Assembly: GCA_963812135.1 (NCBI GenBank)
Contig: CAWETU010000001.1
Span: forward strand, 1,248,001 to 1,312,000
Length of the DNA: 64,000 bases
Source: Vulcanimicrobiota bacterium
Lineage (GTDB): Bacteria > Vulcanimicrobiota > Vulcanimicrobiia > Eremiobacterales > Eremiobacteraceae
Direction of reading: 5' to 3'
Shown here piece after piece: positions 51,318 to 59,384 of the stretch; position 1 is the stretch's first letter, and every line of letters begins with the position of its first letter. The translations under genes were made by a program, and so were the position numbers. Below the pieces are notes generated by a model. That model did not search any database. It was not told the origin of the DNA and worked only from the letters and a program-made list of their open reading frames with translations.

Positions 51318-51605
51318 GTGGGGTGCTTCGCCGACCGCGGCACCGAGGACCTAGCAAACGGTTTCGATACTAAAGCTGCCCGGGCTTCATGCCCCAAGGC
51401 AATTTGGCCAGTTGCGAGACGGAAGCTTGACATGGTCATTTATGCGGGAGGTCTTGGAGATCTGCGTTCGCCTGGCAACCAACTCGAAGCTCTGAAAGGG
51501 GATCGACCCAGCCAACACAGCATTCGCGTGAACAAGCGGTATCGTGTATGCTTCGTTTGGTCCGATCAAGGAGCACAAGAAATTGAAATCGTCGACTATC
51601 ATTAG
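51318..51605 (+). CDS. higB: HigB (RelE/ParE superfamily) toxin
   Basis: FADRGTEDL, DLRSPGNQLEALKGDR, HSIRVN..YRVCFVW, EIVDYH terminus. Confidence 0.88.
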   Translation: MGCFADRGTEDLANGFDTKAARASCPKAIWPVARRKLDMVIYAGGLGDLRSPGNQLEALKGDRPSQHSIRVNKRYRVCFVWSDQGAQEIEIVDYH

Positions 51606-51921
51606 AACCGATATTTTCGTTCCATCTGCGCGGCGACCCACAAGCCCCGGCACCATGCTGGTCGAGGAGTTCATGAAGCCTCTGGGGCTCACGCAGCAGG
51701 CTCTCGCGGATGCCATGGCTGTTACGCGGGTCCGTGTCAATGAAATCGTCAACGGCCGGCGTGGTATTACGGCCGACACGGCGCTGCGACTGGCAAGGGC
51801 GCTGGGTACCTCCGTTGACCTCTGGCTCAGGCTTCAGCTCGCATGTGATCTCTTCGACGCACTTCACTCGCCAAAAGCGAAAGCCATCGCCAAGGTTCGA
51901 CGGATCATCCCAGCCGCTTGA
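51601..51921 (+). CDS. higA: HigA antitoxin (HTH Xre); start uncertain (ATT 51601 or ATG 51655)
   Basis: PTSPGTMLVEEFMKPLGLTQ..LA, NEIVNGRRGITADTALRL, WLRLQ. Confidence 0.88.
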   Translation: MRTDIFVPSARRPTSPGTMLVEEFMKPLGLTQQALADAMAVTRVRVNEIVNGRRGITADTALRLARALGTSVDLWLRLQLACDLFDALHSPKAKAIAKVRRIIPAA

Positions 51922-52081
51922 GCTTTGATCTGACGGCATGTGGCTTAATGTGGCTTAGCGCCCAAAGAAACGCGGGCGAATGTCGGCGAACAGCCGTTAA
52001 CAGTAGAGCGAGGATCCAGGGGCTGTGCCGAAATTCTTCGGCGGACGCTCGGGGAAACTGGAGGACAGGCCGAAAACGCCC

Positions 52082-52160
52082 GTCACGCAGGAGGTCGTCG
52101 GTTCGAGCCCGATCAGCGTCGTCACTTGAACCCGCATCGCGTAAAGCGTTGCGGGTTTTT
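52082..52160 (+). repeat. att-like direct repeat R2: tRNA-Asp 3' half plus hairpin
   Basis: GTCACGCAGG...CAGCGTCGTCA (1 mismatch) then AACCCGC...GCGGGTTTTTT. Confidence 0.92.
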
Positions 52161-52285
52161 TCTTGACTTTAGCGTTTCAGGCTTGACACCAATTTTGACA
52201 CCAAATGGAAGATTGGCGACCCTCGCTGCCGTCGTTACGTAGCTCCTGTCGTCCGGCATGGCTGAGCGCTCGAGCGTTGGCTGAG

Positions 52286-52323
52286 TCAGAATGTCGTTGG
52301 TTCGAGTCCAACTCGGGGAGCCA
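52286..52323 (+). repeat. 3' fragment of a different tRNA (Asn-like), att remnant
   Basis: T-arm GTTGG-TTCGAGT-CCAAC, 3' acceptor strand TCGGGGA, G discriminator, CCA; no D-arm upstream. Confidence 0.65.
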
Positions 52324-52325
52324 CT

Positions 52326-52369
52326 AAAAAAGTAAACCCTCTGCGCAAAGCGTGCGGGTCTACTTTTTT
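52326..52369. terminator. Bidirectional terminator-like hairpin
   Basis: AAAAAAGTAAACCC...GGGTCTACTTTTTT. Confidence 0.7.
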
Positions 52370-52381
52370 GCTAGACGTTGG

Positions 52382-53065
52382 TCATCTGGTGCCCATTGAT
52401 TGGTGCATCGGACAGTTCGCCATTGCGCCCATCATAGACCCACTCTTCCCGGCGCCGCTCATTAGCTGACCCATGTTGCCTTGCATCTGGCTCATGCTGC
52501 CGGGCATCTGGCCCATACGCATATGACCCATGCCGCCATGCATCTGGTCCATGCCGCTGGGCATCGGCGATGGCGCCATCATTGCATGTGCGCCGTGATC
52601 CTTCACTTGCGCGTCGAACCACTCGTGCACCGCGGAAACTAGTGAAGCATCCTGCGTCGTGAACGCGATCTGCGCGCCGGCCGGTAGCGCGCTATAGCGC
52701 ACCTCGAGGCGCGTTGCACTCGCGCTCAATGCCTGGAGACCGGGCATGTCGCTGCCGTGGATGTAAGCAGGATCCGAGAAATTACCTGCCGCGAAGAGCT
52801 TGCTCTCCTTTTCCAGGTGCGAGCGGACCAACGCGATGTCTGCGGTATCGCTCGGGTCCTTTACTACAATCGTCTCGACGCCACCGGACGACGTCTTGCG
52901 GAAGACGTGCATGGTCTTGTTCATATCGAACGGCATGACTTGCTTGCTATGCTGTTCGACCGTAGTGGATTGGCTATCGTCCGCGCGAACGGTGGCGCCG
53001 GCCAAGGCCGTGCCGATGATCAACGCGAGTGCCGCCAGGAGAATGGTCTTCTTATCGGTTTTCAT
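52382..53065 (-). CDS. Secreted hypothetical protein with Met/His-rich C-terminal tail (probable metal binding)
   Basis: Signal peptide, VMPFD...FSDPAYIHG.DMPGL...WFDAQVKDHG; tail MHGGMGHMRMGQMPGSMSQM. Confidence 0.8.
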   Translation of the reverse strand: MKTDKKTILLAALALIIGTALAGATVRADDSQSTTVEQHSKQVMPFDMNKTMHVFRKTSSGGVETIVVKDPSDTADIALVRSHLEKESKLFAAGNFSDPAYIHGSDMPGLQALSASATRLEVRYSALPAGAQIAFTTQDASLVSAVHEWFDAQVKDHGAHAMMAPSPMPSGMDQMHGGMGHMRMGQMPGSMSQMQGNMGQLMSGAGKSGSMMGAMANCPMHQSMGTR

Positions 53066-53513
53066 AGATCACCTTTACAAGAGTGTCAACCGCGCGCAGT
53101 ACCGACGTCCGGTCCGCGCGCGGTATGCCTTGGAATAGCCGTGAGAACATCCGGCGTCGAGAGTCGGCCAATTGCGCGGCCGCTTTACGCCCGGCGGGCG
53201 TGAGCCTCAGCAGAAGAGCCCGCCCATCGCCGTCGCTGCGGGCCCGTTTGATCCATCGGCGCCCGGCAAGAGCGGCGACGAGCCGGCTGACGGTGCTCTT
53301 CTCGAGCGCGAGTCGCCGCGAGAGCTGTGTCTGTGATAACGGTGCTTGCTGAGTGAGTTCGAGTAGCGCGTGCGCCTCCGCAACCGAGACCGGTCGCCCG
53401 CACGGCGTACGATCGGGCGCGTGCAGCCCGAGCGAGCGGACCAACCGGACCATCTGCCCCTGGAAGTCTGCTGCGGTTGCGCGGCCATTCTGGCCGCGGA
53501 GGATGGTGCGCAT
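53052..53513 (-). CDS. MarR-family transcriptional regulator
   Basis: TPCGRPVSVAEAHAL, LEKSTVSRLV, DGRALLLRLTPAG. Confidence 0.88.
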   Translation of the reverse strand: MRTILRGQNGRATAADFQGQMVRLVRSLGLHAPDRTPCGRPVSVAEAHALLELTQQAPLSQTQLSRRLALEKSTVSRLVAALAGRRWIKRARSDGDGRALLLRLTPAGRKAAAQLADSRRRMFSRLFQGIPRADRTSVLRAVDTLVKVIYENR

Positions 53514-53532
53514 TAGTTGTACCATACAACTA
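53514..53532. promoter_or_regulatory. Perfect inverted repeat, probable MarR operator
   Basis: TAGTTGTA-CCA-TACAACTA immediately upstream of ATG 53513. Confidence 0.7.
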
Positions 53533-53629
53533 TATCACCGGGGGTTCCTGCCGGCGAAACACTTGCCCACAGACCGGCCCTTGGATGGCGTTTCGGCCGG
53601 GGTGACTTGTCGTGTTACGGGGGGAGGAC

Positions 53630-53908
53630 ACCCTTGCGCCAAAGTCGTCTTGTGGGTCGATCAAAAGCAAGGTAGCAGAAGGACGTGTCGACCGGACCGT
53701 GGTGATTCGATTCTCGCTCGACGAAACGTTCGACATAGGCGAGGACACAGGCACGCCCGTCGTAGAGGACTACGCCGATAAGATGCCGTTTGCTTTCCAA
53801 GGCACGCTGCACAGGTTCGTCGTCGTGCTTCAACCGCAGAAGTTGAGCGAGGAAGACCAGCAACGCCTCCTGGCGGAACTAGCGCGCGCGTCAATGGCGG
53901 TTCACTGA
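53630..53908 (+). pseudogene. C-terminal fragment of an arylsulfatase-like protein
   Basis: VAEGRVDRT..RFSLDETFDIGEDTGTPVVEDY..KMPF recognised as a sulfatase C-terminus; rest of gene absent. Confidence 0.65.
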
Positions 53909-54142
53909 GAAGGCATCACGGGGGCTTTCATCACCATCAATGCGCCGGCTGCATTTCGGTAGGGCGGGTGGCTGCCTATCCCCGGTTTTTCTGACGCCAA
54001 AGTTGACACCAAATGGACGCTCCGTTGGCGCACACCGGCGCACATGCGGCAGACAAGAATATCCGGGTAACCCCTAATGAATGCCACGTCTGCGCATGTT
54101 GGCGCACATGCGCGCACGACCGCGCACATCGAGGGGAATTGT

Positions 54143-54224
54143 CTGTCAAACAGGAGGTCGTCGGTTCGAGCCCGATCAGCGTCGCCAGTCAAAAGCCCGT
54201 GAAGTGAAACTCCGCGGGCTTTCC
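54143..54224 (+). repeat. att-like direct repeat R3: tRNA-Asp 3' half plus hairpin
   Basis: CTGTCAaaCAGGAGG...CAGCGTCGCCA then AAAGCCCG...CGGGCTTT. Confidence 0.92.
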
Positions 54225-54269
54225 TTTCCTTGGCATCCCCGTCGCGTTTGACTAGTACCATATACAGTA

Positions 54270-54299
54270 TTGCAATCGTGGTATCATATATGATACTAT
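54270..54299 (+). promoter_or_regulatory. hicAB promoter with palindromic operator
   Basis: TTGCAA-18 bp-TACTAT overlapping the perfect palindrome GTATCATATATGATAC (54281-54296). Confidence 0.7.
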
Positions 54300-54306
54300 A
54301 GTTTTG

Positions 54307-54534
54307 GTGGAGAAACGGCTTCAGCGGCTGTACGACCAAGTAGCCAAGAATCGCAAGAATTGCCGCTATGAGGATCTGGAGCGGTTGTTGCTAGCTGCGG
54401 GGTTTACGCTCCGAAAAACGGGTGGATCGCACATGATCTTCAAGCGCGGTTCAAGCATACTGAGCGTGCCGAAGCGGAAACCCGTCAAAGAGCACTATGT
54501 CAGTGAGGCCCTCTCAATGATCGCTGAGACCTGA
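54307..54534 (+). CDS. hicA: HicA toxin
   Basis: LERLL.AAGF...GGSHMIF....LSVP...PVKEHYV; directly upstream of hicB. Confidence 0.85.
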   Translation: MEKRLQRLYDQVAKNRKNCRYEDLERLLLAAGFTLRKTGGSHMIFKRGSSILSVPKRKPVKEHYVSEALSMIAET

Positions 54535-54563
54535 AGAGGCCGCCCTAACTGGAGAAGTATGAT

Positions 54564-54941
54564 ATGGCAAACGTAACCGTGAAGCGAGACAAGATAAAAA
54601 AATATCTCGCGAAGCCCTATGCCCGGGAATTGATTCGGAACGAAGACGGGACCTGGTTTGCTCGAGTCATGGAGCTCAAGGGTTGCATGACTGAAGGCAA
54701 TACGAAAGAGGAGGCTCTCAAGAATCTTGATGATGCGATGAAAGGCTGGATTGATGTCGCAATTGCAGATGGCGAGTCCATACCCGAGCCACTCGAATCG
54801 CGCTCTTTTAGCGGCAAGTTTGTGGTTCGCGTTCCGCGGTCGCTGCATCGGAACTTGGCAAAGCATGCAGAGGTCGAGGGCGTAAGCTTGAATCAAGTCG
54901 TTGTGGCGGCCTTGGCCAGAGAAATCGGGCAGAAGAAGTAA
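54564..54941 (+). CDS. hicB: HicB antitoxin
   Basis: ELKGCMTEGNTKEEAL...IPEP followed by FSGKFVVRVPRSLH...EGVSLNQ. Confidence 0.9.
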   Translation: MANVTVKRDKIKKYLAKPYARELIRNEDGTWFARVMELKGCMTEGNTKEEALKNLDDAMKGWIDVAIADGESIPEPLESRSFSGKFVVRVPRSLHRNLAKHAEVEGVSLNQVVVAALAREIGQKK

Positions 54942-54956
54942 ACGGGCGGGATTGAA

Positions 54957-55081
54957 GCGTCCATAATCAGGATCGATTTGGTGCCATCGCCGGGCGTCGG
55001 GAACGCAAACAGATCAGTGTAGTCTAAGCGCGCATCCCCATGGGGGAACGTAACGTCGGGACCCGAGTAATGGTGGGACAT
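54957..55081 (-). pseudogene. N-terminal fragment of a DUF4331-like protein
   Basis: GGAGA RBS, MSHHYSGPD..FPHGDARLDYTDLFAFP; truncated after about 41 codons at the hicB boundary. Confidence 0.6.
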
Positions 55082-55309
55082 AGTTTATTTTCTCCTTCGC
55101 TGGCAGTATTCCCGATTTCAGCGCCGGACGGCCGATCAATGGTACTGCTGCATATGGCGATGTGCAAGGACACGTATGTTCGCATCGCGGCTGCTTTTCA
55201 CTACGCAGAAGTGTTTGAAGAGCGCCGACAGGTATTGCGCTTCAAGGTGGAGAGAGCGACGCTTTCTGACGTACAAGCGTAGGTTCCGAGTTCTAAGAGG
55301 AGGCGCACC

Positions 55310-56350
55310 ATGCACGAGGATCTCAACCTCGGCCGCCGCAAATTCTTTGGGAAGGCGGCGATGACCATCGTTGCCGCTGAGCTCGGCATGCTAAGCCCTG
55401 CGAGCGCGCAATTGAGCAGCGCTCCAGTAGCCGTGACGCCGGCGAGTCCGAAGAATACCTCGTTTGCGTCCATCAAACAAGTCAACGCCGGCGTTCTCAA
55501 CATCGGGTACGCTGAGGATGGACCGGCCGATGGGCAGCCAGTAATCCTGCTGCACGGATGGCCCTTTGACATCCACGCGTTCGTCGATGTCGCTCCGCTG
55601 CTGGCGAAGGCTGGGTTTCGCGTCATCGTTCCGTATCAACGTGGCTATGGCTCGACGACGTTCCTCTCTGCCGACACGTTTCGCAACGCTCAGCAGTCGA
55701 TTTGCGGCGAAGATGTCGTCAACTTGATGGACGCGCTCAAGATCAAGAAGGCGATCATCGGCGGTTTCGATATCGGATCGCGAACGGCGGCCGTCGTGGG
55801 GATCCTTTGGCCCGAGCGGGTCAAGGCGTTGGTGCTCGTTAGCGGCTATTTGATCGCCAACGTACCGGCAAACAAGCTACCGGCACCGCCGAGAGCCGAA
55901 TATGCCTTTTGGTACCAGTGGTATTTCTCGACGCAACGCGGGCTCTTAGGCTACACGCAGTACACCTACGATTTCAGCAAACTCGTCTGGACACTCCAGT
56001 CGCCGAAATGGCAGTTCAGCGATGCGACATACGATCTCACGGCGGCGTCGTTCAAGAATCCCGATCATGTGGCGATTGTGATACACAACTACCGTTGGCG
56101 CATCGGCCTCGCGGCAGGAGATCCGAAATACGACAGCTTGGAGAACAAGCTCTTCGCGGGTCCTGCCATCGATCTGCCCACAGTCACGATCGCAAGCGAT
56201 TTCGACGGCGCGAACGCGAGCGGCGCTGCATACCGGAGCAAGTTCACGGGCAAGTACTCGCACCGGATCCTCAGCGGCATCGGTCACGATGTGCCACAGG
56301 AGGCGCCGCAAGCGTTTTCGGACGCGATCGTCACCGTCGCCGGCTATTAG
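55310..56350 (+). CDS. Alpha/beta hydrolase (epoxide-hydrolase-like) with Tat-like signal
   Basis: GRRKFF signal, LLHGWP, GFDIGSR, GIGHDVPQEAP; GAGGAGG RBS. Confidence 0.9.
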   Translation: MHEDLNLGRRKFFGKAAMTIVAAELGMLSPASAQLSSAPVAVTPASPKNTSFASIKQVNAGVLNIGYAEDGPADGQPVILLHGWPFDIHAFVDVAPLLAKAGFRVIVPYQRGYGSTTFLSADTFRNAQQSICGEDVVNLMDALKIKKAIIGGFDIGSRTAAVVGILWPERVKALVLVSGYLIANVPANKLPAPPRAEYAFWYQWYFSTQRGLLGYTQYTYDFSKLVWTLQSPKWQFSDATYDLTAASFKNPDHVAIVIHNYRWRIGLAAGDPKYDSLENKLFAGPAIDLPTVTIASDFDGANASGAAYRSKFTGKYSHRILSGIGHDVPQEAPQAFSDAIVTVAGY

Positions 56351-56353
56351 GTG

Positions 56354-56531
56354 CCCCGCAACTGAAGTATGGGCGGTTACGGGAGATGAGCTGGCCGCGC
56401 ACTTGGCTCCACACTTTGTCGGATGGGCGCTTCCCGACTACTACGTTTTCGTGGAGTCGATCCCACACGCGTCCGTGGACAAGGCGGACAAGAAGGAACT
56501 CCGTGACGACTACAGGGATTGGCGGCCCTAA
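56354..56531 (+). pseudogene. C-terminal fragment of an acyl-CoA ligase (AMP-binding C-terminus)
   Basis: ELAAHLAPHF..WALPD.YVFVESIP..S..K.DKKELR pattern; rest of gene absent. Confidence 0.55.
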
Positions 56532-56547
56532 CTGAATCTCATTCGCC

Positions 56548-57147
56548 ATGAGGTGGCTGCCTATGCGTCGTCTGCTTTGTTTTACGTTGGTGGTTATCGC
56601 ACTTAACATCGCTTTGAAAGCCGCACAGGCGTCGGTGGATTTGGACCGTTGGTTCCTTGACGCCACCGCGTCTCAGGCCAAAGTGACGGCGACACAACTC
56701 GCGAAGCCAGACTTCTTGGGCGGCAGTTCGCTGTCAAGCAATTGCCATTTCCCTTATAATGGCAAGCTGCCGGCCTTGGCCGGCGTGTGGCAGCTGTTAA
56801 AGTACGACCGCAAGCATCAAATAGGCTTGGCATACGCGACGACGGACCAATGCAGCTCCGCCCTCTTCAAAGCTTCTCCGCCGCCTGCTTCCGTACCAGA
56901 TGGCGATCTGTCGCAATATGGCACCGCGCGAGGATTGAAGATCGGCAGCAGCTATGCCCAAGTGCTTTCTACGTACGGGCTGCCCGCCAGGCACGGGCAG
57001 CACTTCGTGGCTGCGTATAGCGCGAGCGTGCCCTCCACGGACCTCAAAAACAAGCCGATCAAGCTTCCCGAGATCATCACGTTGGTGATCGAGGACGGCA
57101 GAATTTCGTCGATAACGATCTACGTCGACGAAGGCGGCCTGTTCTAA
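56548..57147 (+). CDS. Secreted hypothetical protein
   Basis: Signal peptide; GLKIGSSYAQVLSTYG motif. Confidence 0.7.
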   Translation: MRWLPMRRLLCFTLVVIALNIALKAAQASVDLDRWFLDATASQAKVTATQLAKPDFLGGSSLSSNCHFPYNGKLPALAGVWQLLKYDRKHQIGLAYATTDQCSSALFKASPPPASVPDGDLSQYGTARGLKIGSSYAQVLSTYGLPARHGQHFVAAYSASVPSTDLKNKPIKLPEIITLVIEDGRISSITIYVDEGGLF

Positions 57148-57181
57148 GGATGGTTTCCAAGCTCGGTCCCGGCTGCATAGA

Positions 57182-59061
57182 TCAGTTGCACGCGGGCGCG
57201 AGATCGTCGTCGAGATGGTTGCCGTGCCCTTTCTTGCGGTCAGCGTCGACCGATCGTTGTGCAGCTCGCAAATCTGGGTCACGGTCGCGAAGTTGTAGGG
57301 TCCGAGGCTTGTATCGGAAGCCGAAGTGTATTGCCAGGGGATGACCGCCTTCACGAAGCCGGGGTCGAACGACCGGTGTGGTTGCGCTCCCGACCAAACC
57401 GAGTCAGTCAATTTGAGCAGCCATCCCTTGCCCAGCGCGAACGATCTGGCTTCAATCCACGGCGGATTAAGGATGGGATGATCCCAGCCTTCGTGCCACT
57501 TGCCGTCCTCCCACCCGTAATAGCCGGTCGCGCTGAATTGCACGTCTTTCTCGCGGACCTTGATGTATTGGAATGAGACCGTGTCGGGTTGGAGGTAGAC
57601 GTTCGCGTCGAAGCCGACGCTGGGAATGCCTTGGAAGTGGTGGAAGAAATCGGCATCGGGCGGCGGCGTGGCTTGATTGGCGGGGATGACCTCAAAGAGC
57701 GGATCCTGTGGCGTCAATATCTTGAAGGTGATCGTCGCGGTGGCATGTGTCACTGCGTCAACGGCCTCGATCGTCACCGCCGGTGCAGCTGTGATGCTCG
57801 CGGTGTACGTGACGGTCTTGCCACTGGTCGATGAGAGTTTCCCAAGACCGCTCGCATTCGACCACTGCGCGCTGTTGCCCGAGAAGGTCAGCGTCACCGG
57901 CTCGTTGACGCCGAGATCGTGGCGTGACCGATCAGCCGGCTCCGTCGCGACCGTCTCTGAAGTGATTTCTGCGCTCGGCGACGGTGAGGGCGTCGGCTGC
58001 GGCGGAGCGCCGCCAGGTTGCGGCGCTTGTGTCAGCGGCTGCACCGAATCGGAGCCCGGGTTGTTCACCACGTTCGAAAACGGAACGTTTGCACCGCCGG
58101 ACGGAGGACCGAGGCCGAACAGCCGCGTGCCGCTGACTTGTGAGGCCGCAAGAACGCGGACCTCGTACGTGCCGGGTGTGGCGAAGTTGCCGCTCGTCAC
58201 GAAGCGGACGTAGACGCGATCTGAGTAACGGCTCCACGGCGTGTCCCCCGAACCAGCGTGCTCCGGCGGCGCGTAGGGAATCAGTTCGCGTACCAGCTCG
58301 TTAAATGTCGGTGGAGGCTGCGCCATCTCCTCGCGTAGCCGCTGCATCTCCAGCACAGCCTGCCCGACCGAGCCGAGGCGGCCAAGCGCACCGTCGAAGG
58401 ACGGCATGCCTGGCACTTTCGACGCGACTTGATCGTACTGCGCGCGGATGCTCGTGTAGACATCCGCGTTGAGACGAGAGCGAAAATCCGGAATGACCCG
58501 ATCGACGATCGCGCGCTGGGCCTGCGGCATCGCGCTGTACGGAAGCCCCGCTTGGATGTCCCACGAGAGCACCTGCACTGCGCGATGATCGAGTTGATAC
58601 GATGGAATGCGCGAGTTGAGCGCTCGGAAGATGTCAGCCGCGGAGCCGCGCAGGGGCGCGACGAGGTAGCGGTGGCCGCTTGGGCTATGCGCGTGCGCCT
58701 TCATGCAAAAGACGTCAACGCTGAAGGCGTAGTCGCCTGGCGGCAGCGAGACCGTGCCGTCTGTTGAGGCGCGAAGCAGCGCGGTGATGTTGCGCGCGCT
58801 CGCTGCGGCGAACGGCAGTCCAGGCAGGTTGGCGGTTGGATACGCGTCTGATGGCGACACGACAATAGGAAGCTGATCGCCGATCGTCTTGCCGAAGGAC
58901 GAGAGCGCGGCGCGAACCGTGGCATCCTGCGCGGCTCCGGCCGGATTGGGAATCGGAATCGGGAACGCGACACTCGACGTGGCGGTTGCAAGCAGGATGA
59001 TGCAACCCGCGATCAACGCGTATGCCAATGCCGTCCGGAACCTCACCGCGAGCCGCCACAC
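57182..59061 (-). CDS. Large secreted hypothetical protein; true end probably TGA 57182 via a frameshift near 57200
   Basis: ORF 56797..59061 has a signal peptide, VFCMKAH motif and Pro linker; its last 350 bp overlap the convergent gene implausibly. Confidence 0.65.
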
Positions 59062-59222
59062 AGGTCAGCCGTTCTTTAGTGCAATCGCGTTTCCCACCCT
59101 GAAACGCGGAGATGCAACGCCGCGCCCTAAGTCGCCGTCCGCCGCAGTCCGTGCTCGTACGATCTCTCCAATGGCCCGTCCATGCCCGTGCGGGTGTGTG
59201 CGCTCAAGTGCAAATGGCGTGC

Positions 59223-59301
59223 GTCACGCAGGAGGTCGACGGTTCGAGCCCGATCAGCGTCGCCAGGTCTAGGAACCCGTGCAGCATGCTTCATGGGTTC
59301 C
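59223..59301 (+). repeat. att-like direct repeat R4: tRNA-Asp 3' half plus hairpin
   Basis: GTCACGCAGGAGGTCGaCGG...CGCCA then GGAACCCGTG...CATGGGTTCC. Confidence 0.92.
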
Positions 59302-59384
59302 TTCGTCTAACCAAGCCATTATAGCCCGCTTATTTCGGCGATCCCGCGAAATTGGATTAGTATCCTAGTAGAAAGGGGCATCGT

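Larger units (their letters stand above)
43064..59265. mobile_element. Tandem genomic-island/cassette array integrated at tRNA-Asp
   Basis: Four downstream direct repeats of the tRNA 3' half starting in the anticodon loop, with accessory cargo, TA pairs and gene fragments between them. Confidence 0.85.

Noticed and set aside
43064..59265. CRISPR array or classical integron
   Set aside because: Repeats are tRNA halves separated by kilobases; no cas genes, intI or attC-type (RYYYAAC...GTTRRRY) structures recognised
47640..59265. Additional functional tRNA-Asp genes
   Set aside because: All copies lack the 5' acceptor strand and D-arm
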